Assembly (NCBI GenBank): GCA_050011835.1
Contig: JBEKII010000003.1
Location: 39,842-103,841, forward strand
DNA: 64,000 nucleotides
Origin: Minisyncoccia bacterium
GTDB taxonomy: Bacteria; Patescibacteriota; Minisyncoccia; Phycocordibacterales; Phycocordibacteraceae
Reading direction: 5' to 3'
Made by a program: the position numbers and the translations under genes. This document shows, one piece after another, positions 1 through 9,590 of the stretch (the first letter of the stretch is position 1; each line of letters starts with the position of its first letter). The notes beneath the pieces are model-generated. The model searched no databases, was not told the origin of the DNA, and saw only the letters and a list, made by a program, of their open reading frames with translations.

Positions 1-1091
1 ATGTCGTGGTGTACAGCGATGCGGTGCCCGAAGATAATCTGGAGCGCGCGCAAGTGCGCGAATTCGGCATCCCACAATTCTCTTATTTTGCGATGCTCGG
101 GAAAGTATCGGAAGGGAAGAAAACAATTGCGGTTGCGGGCACAAAAGGAAAGACGACAACAGTCAGTATGCTTACGAAAATTCTCAAGGATGCGGATGTG
201 TCGCCGACGGCGGTTATCGGTTCTCTGGTGAAGGACTTTGGCTCTAATTATGTACACGGGAACTCGGATTTATTTATCGTTGAAGCATGCGAATATCGCA
301 ATCATCTGCTCGAACTCTCTCCGCATGTGCTCGTAATAACGAATCTTGAATGGGACCATACGGATTGGTTTCCCTCGCTCGTGGCGGTTCAAGAAACATT
401 CAGAAAGGCGGTTATGTGCGTGCCTAAAAACGGCGCCGTCATTACCGACCCGAATAATAAAAATATCGCGCCGCTTCTGTCGGTCGCAAAGGCGCATGTC
501 ATTGACTACACGAAGGAACCCGCCTACACGTTGCGAATGCTGGGCGAATTTAATCAGAGCAATGCGCGTGCGGCTATAGCGGCCGCGCGTGCCGTTCTTC
601 CCTCAATTTCTGATTCTGTAATTTCTAAATCACTCGCAACCTTCCACGGCATCTGGCGTCGATTCGAGTACAAAGGGAAGTCGGGAAACGGCGCTGACGT
701 CTATGACGACTACGCGCATAATCCGATGTCGGTGCGGGCGATACTGAAAGCGCTCCGCGCACAGGTGAAAGGAAAAGTTTTTGTAGCATTCCACCCGCAT
801 CTCTACAGCCGCACGCGTGACCTTCTTGATGAATTCGCGACTGCATTTGTTGATGCCGATAAAGTATTTGTCGCTCCTATCTATGCCGCGCGCGAGAGCG
901 ATGACGGCACGATATCAAGCGAGATGCTCGCCGAGCGCATACGGGCAACCGGTGTTGATGCGACTGCGCTTGATTCATTTGATGCCATTGAGCGTGCGCT
1001 CGGCGCTGTTGAGCGTGGTGATGTCATCATGACCATGGGCGCGGGCGATATTTATAAAGTCGCCGACGCGCTCGTGAGGAGAGGCAAATAA
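1..1091 (+). CDS. murC: UDP-N-acetylmuramate--L-alanine ligase MurC, 5'-truncated at the window edge (frame of the ORF starting at 6)
   Basis: Mur ligase P-loop AVAGTKGKTTT is preceded by a MurC-like segment VYSDAVPEDNLERAQVREFGIP. A DDYAHNP motif is present and the C-terminal Mur ligase domain is complete. The N-terminal Rossmann region lies upstream of the window. Confidence 0.85.
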   Translation, partial: VVVYSDAVPEDNLERAQVREFGIPQFSYFAMLGKVSEGKKTIAVAGTKGKTTTVSMLTKILKDADVSPTAVIGSLVKDFGSNYVHGNSDLFIVEACEYRNHLLELSPHVLVITNLEWDHTDWFPSLVAVQETFRKAVMCVPKNGAVITDPNNKNIAPLLSVAKAHVIDYTKEPAYTLRMLGEFNQSNARAAIAAARAVLPSISDSVISKSLATFHGIWRRFEYKGKSGNGADVYDDYAHNPMSVRAILKALRAQVKGKVFVAFHPHLYSRTRDLLDEFATAFVDADKVFVAPIYAARESDDGTISSEMLAERIRATGVDATALDSFDAIERALGAVERGDVIMTMGAGDIYKVADALVRRGK

Positions 1092-1143
1092 AAACGACCG
1101 GCCCTGCAGAGTGATCCTGCAGAGTCGGCCGTTACCGTAGTGG

Positions 1144-1965
1144 TCAAGAACAACGCTTGATCACGACAAGGTTCTGCTTTTTGTCGCGCATGTCCGCCAT
1201 GGCAGGGTATTTGTCTAGCGGGTATTTTGACCGTACTTTCTCGATGCCGGCTTCATAAGCTTGCTCCTTGAACAAGCTTTCCAAGTCGAGGAACATACTG
1301 CTCTTCCCTCGAGTGATTACCCCGCTTGGCCATTGTTGCTTGATAAATTTATGGAGTGTCTGATTATACATCCCCATTCCCTTCTCATCGAATCGATATT
1401 CGAGTGTCTCAGCCGGTGTTGAGAACATCATACACATCTCGATATCTCTAATGCCTCGTTTTAAGAATTCCTCGATAATTGAATGGATAATGGTCACGTG
1501 TTGCCGACGGGTCTGTCCACTCACAACCATGTTGTAATCAATTAAGCTGTGTAATCCAGCACCGGCGATGACTACACATCCACCGCCAGCCGCGATGATG
1601 ACAGGGTCGGTTCCACTTATTGCGCACGCATCGCCGTTCGGAATAATTATTCCATCCGCCAGAACGGAATTGTCTCGGTAAAGAAAAGCATTCTCACCGA
1701 GCCGAATTCGTTTTTTCAGAGCTTCTGCCTCTGTGATGTTTGTACTGGATGCCGCGACATTTGGTGCGTATGCTTTACGTACTTTCATGCGATGGAGCGC
1801 GGTATACAGGCCTGCAATGAGAGGACCTTGGCCGCAAGCATCTTTTTGTTCCTGAAGCATCCACAAAGACCAGCTCAAAAGTCCGAAACCTCGAGCATCG
1901 TTCGGACACATTACCCCAACGGCAATATTATGTTCCCCAACAGAAACTTTGTCCAATCGGTACAT
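1144..1965 (-). CDS. Hypothetical protein, 273 aa. Weak resemblance to YfiH/PgeF (Cu-oxidase_4, DUF152) family.
   Basis: Long minus-strand ORF with no competing plus-strand ORF. A Gly-rich core GDACAISGTDPVIIAAGGGCVVIAGAG and C-terminal D-L-x-x-L motifs loosely resemble YfiH, but the HAGWRG signature is not conserved. Confidence 0.3.
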   Translation of the reverse strand: MYRLDKVSVGEHNIAVGVMCPNDARGFGLLSWSLWMLQEQKDACGQGPLIAGLYTALHRMKVRKAYAPNVAASSTNITEAEALKKRIRLGENAFLYRDNSVLADGIIIPNGDACAISGTDPVIIAAGGGCVVIAGAGLHSLIDYNMVVSGQTRRQHVTIIHSIIEEFLKRGIRDIEMCMMFSTPAETLEYRFDEKGMGMYNQTLHKFIKQQWPSGVITRGKSSMFLDLESLFKEQAYEAGIEKVRSKYPLDKYPAMADMRDKKQNLVVIKRCS

Positions 1966-2069
1966 TCTTTCTCCTTTCTTGTCTTTGATTTGTACAACTA
2001 GTCCGCTAACGATTCTAGCGTATTAGCAAAACAAGTCAACATGGTGTGAAAAGGTAAGTGCGATAAAGT

Positions 2070-2747
2070 GTGGATATGGGAAAACTTTCAATCGTCGCGA
2101 CGCCGATAGGGAATCTGGAGGATATAACGTTGCGCGCGTTACGCACGCTAAAAGAATGCGGTGTCATCTATGCCGAGGATACACGTGTCATTTCTAAATT
2201 GCTTGCGCGATATGACATAAAGAAATCACTGCAACGGATTGACGCAGTAACAGAATTGAAAAAAGCAGATGAGATAGCCGCTCGGCTTGAAACGGGAGAA
2301 CATGTCGCGTTTGTGAGCGATGCAGGTACGCCTGGTATTTCCGACCCCGGTGCGCGGCTCGTGGCGCGTGTGCGCGAGCGATTGCCCAATGTAAAAATTG
2401 AAGCGATACCCGGGCCTTCTGCACTTGCCGCGGCGCTTTCTATTGCAGGCATAACCGCCGATGCATTTACTTTTGTTGGATTTCTACCGCACAAAAAGGG
2501 AAGACAAACGGCGTTGAAAAGGGTCTTGGAAAGCGAAATCCCCGTCATACTCTACGAATCGCCGCATCGCATAGTGAAATTACTCAAAGAACTTGAAGCG
2601 CTTCAAGTACCGCGTGTTGTTGTTGCGCGCGAGCTCACGAAAATCCATGAAGAAGTGGTTTCGGGAAGCGCGAAAGAAATGCAGGCATATTTCGCCATGC
2701 ATCCCGAGGCGGTGCGCGGCGAATTTGTTGTCATTGTTGCGCCCTGA
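2070..2747 (+). CDS. rsmI: 16S rRNA (cytidine1402-2'-O)-methyltransferase RsmI
   Basis: N-terminal LSIVATPIGNLEDITLRALRTL and overall tetrapyrrole-methylase fold motifs typical of RsmI. Length 225 aa. Confidence 0.85.
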   Translation: MDMGKLSIVATPIGNLEDITLRALRTLKECGVIYAEDTRVISKLLARYDIKKSLQRIDAVTELKKADEIAARLETGEHVAFVSDAGTPGISDPGARLVARVRERLPNVKIEAIPGPSALAAALSIAGITADAFTFVGFLPHKKGRQTALKRVLESEIPVILYESPHRIVKLLKELEALQVPRVVVARELTKIHEEVVSGSAKEMQAYFAMHPEAVRGEFVVIVAP

Positions 2748-2759
2748 TATACTTGACCC

Positions 2760-2915
2760 ATGTCTCGCGCCAGCTCTCTTATTCTTTTAGGCATTTTAGT
2801 CATTCTTGCGCCTTTCTCCGGCCTTCCAATAGCGTTACGCTCATTACTTGCAGTCATTTTTGGCGCATGTGTGCTTGGCCTTGGTCTTTCCATGCGCGCT
2901 CATCATAAAGAGTAA
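2760..2915 (+). CDS. Small predicted membrane protein, 51 aa with two hydrophobic segments. It is below the ORF-track size cutoff.
   Basis: Hand translation gives MSRASSLILLGILVILAPFSGLPIALRSLLAVIFGACVLGLGLSMRAHHKE. There are two hydrophobic helices and it fills the rsmI-to-ATPase gap. Confidence 0.35.
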   Translation: MSRASSLILLGILVILAPFSGLPIALRSLLAVIFGACVLGLGLSMRAHHKE

Positions 2916-2934
2916 GATTTTGTTATACTAAAGC

Positions 2935-4674
2935 GTGATGGAAAATCCCGAGCGCGTGACGTACTTCGCGGCAACTGACAGCCGCGGGAAGTTTGTTCCT
3001 TTCGGCATCAAAGCGAAGGATCGCGACCGCCATATGTACGTTATCGGCAAAACCGGTATGGGCAAGTCAACCTTGCTGGAGAACATGGCGATTCAAGACC
3101 TTCGCAATGGTGAAGGATTCGCCTTCATTGATCCGCACGGAGGAACGGTTGACCGATTACTTGATTATATTCCCGAAAATCGCGTGAAGGATGTCGTCTA
3201 CTTCGCACCGTTTGATATGGAACATCCCATCGCGTTTAACGTGATGGAAGATGTTGGCTATGACAGGCGTCATCTCGTGGTGAGCGGTCTCATGGCGACT
3301 TTCAAGAAGATATGGGAGGACGCATGGAGCGCACGTATGGAATACATCCTCACGAATACGCTTCTCGCGCTCCTGGAATATCCGGATGCGACTTTGCTCG
3401 GTGTGAATCGCATGTATACCGATAAAGAATACCGGCGAAAGGTTGTTGATAATGTGAAAGATCCAGTTGTAAGAGATTTTTGGACAAAAGAATTCGCCAT
3501 TTATACCGACCGCTATACCCAGGAAGCGACTCCCGCCATTCAGAACAAGGTCGGCCAATTTACCGGCAATCCGCTTATCAGGAATATCATCGGTCAATCG
3601 AAATCTTCGTTTGATATTCGCACGATGATGGACGAAAAAAAAATTCTCATCATTAATCTTTCTAAAGGTCTCGTGGGAGAAACCAACATGCGTCTTTTAG
3701 GTTCTATGCTTACCACACGCATTTTCCTTTCTGCGATGAGTCGCGCGAACGTGCCCGCAGAAGGACTCGCGAAGCTTCCTAACTTTTATTTCTATGTTGA
3801 TGAATTCCAGAATTTTGCGAACGAGACGTTCGCAGAAATTCTTTCCGAGGCGCGCAAATACAAATTGAATCTAGTTATTGCGCATCAGTACATAGAGCAA
3901 ATGGAAGAAGAAGTGCGTGATGCTGTTTTCGGCAATGTCGGTACGACCGTTGTCTTCCGCGTTGGACCTTTTGATGCCGAAGTATTGGAAACTATCTTTA
4001 TGCCGAAATTTACAAAGGAGGATTTGGTAACACTTGATCGCCGGCAGGTCTATCTCACGCTCATGATAGACGGAGTCGGGTCAGCGCCATTTTCCGCGAT
4101 TACTATCCCGCCAATAGAAGCGCCGCCGACATCCTATCGCGGGCAAGTTGTCACTTCTTCGCGTGCGCAATTTACCGCGCCGCGTGCGGAAATAGAGAAC
4201 GCCATTATGAAAGAATTCGCGGCAAGTCTCGCGTCCGCTGTTCCTTCGGACGCGCGTGCGAAGCGTCGTCCAATGGCCATCCCGCAAGATAAAAATACGC
4301 AGCCACCGAACGTCTCGCAAAGATCTTCGAACCTACCTGCCTCTAACGGAGCCAGGCCATTCGTTCATCGTTCACCGACTGCGCCTCCAGTTACGTCAGC
4401 TAAAAGTGCAGATGATTTGAAGTCAATCTTGCGCACTGTGGTCACAAAGACTGGAGCAGAAAAAGAAGAGAAACAATTGCAGAACAAGCAGTCGCTCAAA
4501 GAAACTCTCGCGAACGTGTTAGCACGAAGCGGACAACCAATAATAAACAATGAATTGCCAAAGCAGCCGGAGCGCTCTGCAGCAACGACTCCACCGCAGG
4601 AACCACCGCAGAAAAAGCAACCCTTTGAAGTTCCTGAAAATGCGCTCCAGAAGGTACTGAAGGGCGAAACCTAA
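2935..4674 (+). CDS. FtsK/HerA/TraD-VirD4-like P-loop ATPase (type IV secretion coupling-protein-like DNA-binding ATPase domain) with a Pro/Gln-rich disordered C-terminal tail
   Basis: Walker A VIGKTGMGKST. Walker B-like DEFQNF followed by LVIAHQ, as in TraD/TraG/VirD4-like ATPases. The last ~170 aa are low-complexity P/Q/S/A-rich. Confidence 0.6.
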   Translation: MMENPERVTYFAATDSRGKFVPFGIKAKDRDRHMYVIGKTGMGKSTLLENMAIQDLRNGEGFAFIDPHGGTVDRLLDYIPENRVKDVVYFAPFDMEHPIAFNVMEDVGYDRRHLVVSGLMATFKKIWEDAWSARMEYILTNTLLALLEYPDATLLGVNRMYTDKEYRRKVVDNVKDPVVRDFWTKEFAIYTDRYTQEATPAIQNKVGQFTGNPLIRNIIGQSKSSFDIRTMMDEKKILIINLSKGLVGETNMRLLGSMLTTRIFLSAMSRANVPAEGLAKLPNFYFYVDEFQNFANETFAEILSEARKYKLNLVIAHQYIEQMEEEVRDAVFGNVGTTVVFRVGPFDAEVLETIFMPKFTKEDLVTLDRRQVYLTLMIDGVGSAPFSAITIPPIEAPPTSYRGQVVTSSRAQFTAPRAEIENAIMKEFAASLASAVPSDARAKRRPMAIPQDKNTQPPNVSQRSSNLPASNGARPFVHRSPTAPPVTSAKSADDLKSILRTVVTKTGAEKEEKQLQNKQSLKETLANVLARSGQPIINNELPKQPERSAATTPPQEPPQKKQPFEVPENALQKVLKGET

Positions 4675-4695
4675 TATTATTTAACTACACCTTAT

Positions 4696-5052
4696 ATGCA
4701 CATGCGCCAGCGCTTCTGTTTTTGTACGCTCGCGCTGTTGGAAGCGGATACGGAGATCCTCGCCGGTCACACCTTTCCTTTCCCTTCGCAAGTGATTGAA
4801 CTCCCTATCGCGAGTTCTGCGCCTCTTCTTTATTCAGTAGGAGAAATGACCGCAGCATATCAACCTGTCTCCGACGCGAAACTTTCTACGTCTGGTATGA
4901 GTACTAATGCAGTGCAGGTGGTCGAACCGATTATCAACTCAACGACAAATCCGCACACCAATGAAGAAGCAGTAAGCGCCCCCGCAGCGACGATAGGACT
5001 CGCCGCTGCGGGGGCGGCATTGCCTCCTTTGTCGCTTGTTAAATCTCCATGA
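4696..5052 (+). CDS. Hypothetical protein, 118 aa
   Basis: Only an ORF in the gap before the glycosyltransferase operon. The composition is Ala/Ser/Thr-rich and no family was recognised. Confidence 0.25.
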   Translation: MHMRQRFCFCTLALLEADTEILAGHTFPFPSQVIELPIASSAPLLYSVGEMTAAYQPVSDAKLSTSGMSTNAVQVVEPIINSTTNPHTNEEAVSAPAATIGLAAAGAALPPLSLVKSP

Positions 5053-5119
5053 ACTCTCGATTTTCTCGATGTCGTGCTCCTCTCGGGTGGGGCATTCATT
5101 CTTCTCTAATACTGATGGC

Positions 5120-6265
5120 ATGACGAAGCGTATCCTTATATTTTCGCTCGCTTATTATCCGCATGTTGGCGGCGCGGAAGTTGCGCTGAAAGAAATCACT
5201 GACCGTATTCGGGATATTGAGTTCCATATGCTTACGCTGAATTTCGGCGGTGAAGCGATGGAAGAAAAAATTGGAAATGTTTTTGTACATCGAATAGGAA
5301 ACGGCTCGTCCTATGTCCAAAAGATACTCTTCATACCGCGCGCCGCTTTTGAAGCGGCGCGCCTGCACCACACGCGTCCTTTTGATGCGTTCTGGGCAAT
5401 GATGTCGTATATGATGTTCCCCATTGTGCTACTTCGGGCACATGGGATTCGCGTACCTTATCTACTTACATTACAGGAAGGCGATCCATGGGAACATATG
5501 TTTAATCGTTGGTTCATTCTTCCATTTCGTCCGCTCCTTGTCGCGGGATTCAAACACGCCGCGGCAGTGCAGGCGATTTCGCATCATCTTCTTTTATGGA
5601 CAAGACGTATGGGTTTTCAAGGTATGGGAATCGTTATTCCCAACGGCGTTAACACAAAACATTTTGCGAATGCCAATGCAATTATTCTTGGTAAAGGAGA
5701 AGACGAGACATTGCTCATTCACACTGGCCGACTGGTGCATAAAAACGCGCTTGACACCGTTATTCGCGCATTAGCGCTTCTTCCCGAACGTGTGCATTTT
5801 TTCATGATTGGCGAAGGTCCCGACAAAAATGCGCTCGCAGAGCTTTCGCGCATACTTAATGTTTCGAAACGCGTCCATTTTCATTCATTCGTGCCGAACG
5901 AAGATCTGCCGAATTATTTAAAAGCATGTGAAATCTTTATTCGTCCTTCGCGGTCCGAAGGTATGGGCAATTCCTTTATTGAAGCGATGGCGGCAGGGTT
6001 ACCTGTCATCGCGACACAAGAAGGCGGCATCGCGGATTTCCTCTTTGACGCGAAGAGAAATCCTGATAAGGAAACGACGGGCTGGGCGGTTGACAAGGAT
6101 TCACCCAAGCAAATTGCCGAAGCGGTAAACAATATTCTCGCGCATCCTGAACAGGTCGTGCGCGTAACGGCGACGGCAAAAAAGATGGTTGTTGAGAATT
6201 ATGACTGGGACGGCATCGCCGACAAGATGAAAATGCTCTTCGACCGATTGTTCGAGAACCGTTAG
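5120..6265 (+). CDS. Glycosyltransferase family 4 (GT-B fold)
   Basis: Start taken as the internal ATG (MTKRILIF); the track ORF begins at a TTG at 5036. N-terminal YYPHVGGAE and C-terminal EGMGNSFIEAMAAGLPVIAT (GT4 E-x7-E region). Confidence 0.8.
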   Translation: MTKRILIFSLAYYPHVGGAEVALKEITDRIRDIEFHMLTLNFGGEAMEEKIGNVFVHRIGNGSSYVQKILFIPRAAFEAARLHHTRPFDAFWAMMSYMMFPIVLLRAHGIRVPYLLTLQEGDPWEHMFNRWFILPFRPLLVAGFKHAAAVQAISHHLLLWTRRMGFQGMGIVIPNGVNTKHFANANAIILGKGEDETLLIHTGRLVHKNALDTVIRALALLPERVHFFMIGEGPDKNALAELSRILNVSKRVHFHSFVPNEDLPNYLKACEIFIRPSRSEGMGNSFIEAMAAGLPVIATQEGGIADFLFDAKRNPDKETTGWAVDKDSPKQIAEAVNNILAHPEQVVRVTATAKKMVVENYDWDGIADKMKMLFDRLFENR

Positions 6266-6274
6266 AATATACCC

Positions 6275-7393
6275 ATGAGAATCGTTGTCGCGACGCCCTT
6301 GTATCCGCCGGAAATCGGTGGTCCGGCGACGTATGCAAAAATTCTTTTTGAGGGATTGTCGGGGAAGGCCATAGAAGTTGAGTTGGTGAAGTTTGGCGAT
6401 ATTCGGCATCTACCGAAATTCATACGGCATATTGCTTATGCCCGGCGTGTATATCGTGCCTTGCATAACGCTGACCTCGTGCTTGCGCTTGACCCGGTAT
6501 CTGTTGGCTTGCCGGCTTGTTTTGCCGCATGGCTGGCTAAAAAACCATTTGTCGTGAAGATTGTGGGTGACTATGCATGGGAACAGGGGCGCCAGCGATT
6601 CGGCATTACGCAGAATCTTGATGAGTTCGTGAAAATAAAAAATGTGCCATTTTTTGTGCGCGTATTTCGGCACATCCAAACACGCGTGGCACTTCGCGCC
6701 GCGCGCGTTATCGTTCCGAGTAATTATCTGAAAAGTATTGTTGTTACATGGGGCGTCCCTGCCGACAAAATTCAAGTTATCTATAACGCCGTGCCTATTG
6801 AAGAACTCGGGAATGTTCCCGAATCCGTTAAGAAATTATCGCGGCCGCTGATTGTTACGGCGGGGCGGTTGGTGCCGTGGAAAAATATGGAGGGTGTAAT
6901 TGATGCTGTCGCGATGCTTCGCAAAAAAGGAAACGCCGCGACACTCGTGCTCATTGGCGAAGGCCCGCTCTATGGAAAACTTTCTGCGCGTGCATCTGAA
7001 AATCTAAAAGAAGCATGTGTCATGACGGGTATACTCACGCATCCGGACATGCTCGCAACGGTGAAAGTCGGGGATGTATTTGTGCTCAATTCTTCGTACG
7101 AAGGTCTTTCTCATCACTTGATTGAGGCGCTTGCGCTTGGCAAGCCGATTATTGCGACACGTGTTGGCGGAAATCCCGAAGTCATTGCCGACGGTGAAAA
7201 TGGTCTTCTGATACCCGTTGGCGATATGCCCGCGCTTGTGGACGCGCTCGCGCGCCTGCTCGATGGCGGGGAGTTCCGCGCGCGCCTGCAGACGGCGGCA
7301 GGTGAATCTTCCAAGCGCTTTTCAGCTGAAACAATGCTTTTGCGGACATCCGATTTCCTCAAGGCATTGGACATCCGATGTCCTAACCCATGA
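6275..7393 (+). CDS. Glycosyltransferase family 4
   Basis: PLYPPEIGGPATYA N-terminal motif and EGLSHHLIEALALGKPIIATRVGGNPEVI C-terminal motif. Confidence 0.8.
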   Translation: MRIVVATPLYPPEIGGPATYAKILFEGLSGKAIEVELVKFGDIRHLPKFIRHIAYARRVYRALHNADLVLALDPVSVGLPACFAAWLAKKPFVVKIVGDYAWEQGRQRFGITQNLDEFVKIKNVPFFVRVFRHIQTRVALRAARVIVPSNYLKSIVVTWGVPADKIQVIYNAVPIEELGNVPESVKKLSRPLIVTAGRLVPWKNMEGVIDAVAMLRKKGNAATLVLIGEGPLYGKLSARASENLKEACVMTGILTHPDMLATVKVGDVFVLNSSYEGLSHHLIEALALGKPIIATRVGGNPEVIADGENGLLIPVGDMPALVDALARLLDGGEFRARLQTAAGESSKRFSAETMLLRTSDFLKALDIRCPNP

Positions 7394-8508
7394 AAGTCCT
7401 TTTCATATCCAATGACCCGAATATCTTTGACGCGGCGAGCGCCGTACGCATGCGTATGCGCACGTATGCCGCAGCGCTGAGGGAATTGCACATTCTTTCT
7501 CATGCGAATCGGGACGCGCATGAAGAAAAAGAAGAAAACCTCTTTCTGCATCCCGTGCACACGTCAAAATTATTCAGAACGCGCGCGCTCTCCGCGCGTG
7601 CGCATGCACTTGTCCTCGAGAACGCCATAGACATTGTCTCCGCGCAGGACCCTTTTGAGCATGGGCTCGCCGCTTTGCGCGCGATACGCGGCACGCCTGC
7701 GAAACTGCATGTGCAGGTGCATACCGACTTCCTTTCTCCATGGTTCGTGAACTGCGGCGTACGCATGTCTCTTCTGAATCGCTATCGTCGTCGCCTCGCT
7801 GACCGCGTTTTGCCCGCGGCGGCGGGGATTCGTGTCGTCTCGCAGCGGATAAAGGACTCGCTGATTGCGCGATACCATTTGCGCATTCCCAAACCGTCGG
7901 TCATCCCGATAGCCGTGAGCGGGACGCTGCCTTCTCCCGTGCCTTTGCCCGCGCATTCGTTCACGTTCACGCTTATCGCGGTCGGCCGATTGGAACCCGA
8001 GAAACGCGTTGAAGATATTTTTATCGCGCTCAAGCATATCGCCAAACAATATTCGATGGTCGGCCTTTTCGTCGTCGGAGAAGGTCGTTCGGGTGCGCGG
8101 CTCAAGCAAACGGCGCATTCCCTCGGGCTCGCGGATAGAATTATATTTCTCGGCGACCGCTCTGACGCGTGGGGATTGATGCGAAGCGCGCAGGCATTTA
8201 TTCAAGCGAGCGCGTATGAGGGCTACGGCCGCACGCTTGTTGAAGCGGCGCTCGCCCGCGTGCCGATTATCACCACCGATGTCGGTATTGTCGGCGATGT
8301 GTTCAAGAGTTATGAAGATGTCCTCTCCTCGCCCGTTGGCGACCCGATGGCGCTTGCGCGCAACATCACCAAATGCATTGAGGATGCCATGATGCGGTAT
8401 AAACTGCCGATGCATGCCGAGACCGTGGCGCGCGCACATCTCGCATCACAAGGGAATTTTGCAGAGCGCATACGGGACGATCTTATGCGTACATTTCAGA
8501 GCGTATGA
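7390..8508 (+). CDS. Glycosyltransferase family 4-like
   Basis: EGYGRTLVEAALARVPIITTDVGIVGDVF GT4-type motif. 4-nt ATGA overlap with the upstream gene. Confidence 0.7.
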   Translation: MKVLFISNDPNIFDAASAVRMRMRTYAAALRELHILSHANRDAHEEKEENLFLHPVHTSKLFRTRALSARAHALVLENAIDIVSAQDPFEHGLAALRAIRGTPAKLHVQVHTDFLSPWFVNCGVRMSLLNRYRRRLADRVLPAAAGIRVVSQRIKDSLIARYHLRIPKPSVIPIAVSGTLPSPVPLPAHSFTFTLIAVGRLEPEKRVEDIFIALKHIAKQYSMVGLFVVGEGRSGARLKQTAHSLGLADRIIFLGDRSDAWGLMRSAQAFIQASAYEGYGRTLVEAALARVPIITTDVGIVGDVFKSYEDVLSSPVGDPMALARNITKCIEDAMMRYKLPMHAETVARAHLASQGNFAERIRDDLMRTFQSV

Positions 8509-9590
8509 CAAAACAAGTTATCGTTTGCTTTTTTGGATACGACGAACGTGATGAGAGCGGGCGGACGTGGGCGATACGGACTGGATTGGCGGAAAATGAC
8601 GTTACGGTAAAGCCCTGCCGAACGCTCGTCGACGGATTTTTTGCGAAATATCATGACTTGTACCAAAAATGGAAAGGTATCACCGGAAATATTGATGCAC
8701 TCTATGTGATTTTTATGGGCTATTATCTCATGCCGCTTGCGTGGTGTCTCGCGCGCCGGCGGGGAATTCCCGTAATCCTCGACACGCTCATATCGCAATA
8801 CGATACCGAAGTCACTGACCGAAAACGTATATCTCGTTTCAGTCCGCATGCGTGGTTTTTATGGGGAGTCGACTGGGTATCCTGTGCCGTAGCCGATGCG
8901 ATAGTTGTCGACACGCACGAACATAAAAAATTTTTTACTGAAAAATTTTTCGTTAATGCGAAAAAAATACTCGTTGTTCCCGTCGGATGCCGTTCCGATC
9001 TTTTTATACCGCTTCCTCATTTGAGGGAATCGGAAGGTTATTTTATTGTTGAATTTCATGGGTCGTTTATTCCGTTGCATGGCATCGAGTACATCATGGA
9101 AGCGGCAAAAATCCTGCAGGAGAAGCACGAAAAGGTTCATTTCAAGATCGTCGGCATGGGGCAATTGTTCGTTGCAATTACATCAATGGCCCAGAAGCTT
9201 CGACTATTCAATGTTGAATTTCTCGGCAGGGAACCGCTCAAAGAGCTCCCTTATTCCATTGCTCGCGGCGATGTGAGCCTCGGCATATTCGGGGCGACTC
9301 CCAAAGCCCTGCGCGTTATTCCGAATAAAGTCTATGAGTCTCTCAGTTGTGGAAAACCGGTGATTACCGAGCGATCGCCGGCGGCGCTTGAAGTACTGCA
9401 CGATTACGAAGGGGTATGTATGGTGGAGCCGGGTAATGGCGTTGCTCTCGCGGAAAAAATTCTTGAACTGAAATGCGATGTAGTCCTACGCACCCAGCTT
9501 AGTGAACGCGCCCGCGCAATTTCATTGAATCAGTTTTCTCCACGCGCGATCGCGAAGCCTCTGGTAGACTGGCTCAAATCACACGCATGA
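8505..9590 (+). CDS. Glycosyltransferase, GT-B fold (GT4-like)
   Basis: SLSCGKPVITERSPAALEVL C-terminal GT-B motif. ATGA overlap with neighbours on both sides. Confidence 0.55.
   Translation: MTKQVIVCFFGYDERDESGRTWAIRTGLAENDVTVKPCRTLVDGFFAKYHDLYQKWKGITGNIDALYVIFMGYYLMPLAWCLARRRGIPVILDTLISQYDTEVTDRKRISRFSPHAWFLWGVDWVSCAVADAIVVDTHEHKKFFTEKFFVNAKKILVVPVGCRSDLFIPLPHLRESEGYFIVEFHGSFIPLHGIEYIMEAAKILQEKHEKVHFKIVGMGQLFVAITSMAQKLRLFNVEFLGREPLKELPYSIARGDVSLGIFGATPKALRVIPNKVYESLSCGKPVITERSPAALEVLHDYEGVCMVEPGNGVALAEKILELKCDVVLRTQLSERARAISLNQFSPRAIAKPLVDWLKSHA

Noticed and set aside
1-231. 76-aa Arg/Cys-rich ORF at the window start
   Set aside because: Lies in an alternative frame entirely inside the MurC coding region. 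Composition is typical of an out-of-frame artefact.
3157-3597. 146-aa minus-strand ORF inside the ATPase gene (and similar antisense ORFs at 7570-8439, 18025-18666, 50974-51699, 62656-63213 and others)
   Set aside because: Antisense or alternate-frame shadows of well-supported genes. No family resemblance, and they would require near-total gene overlap.
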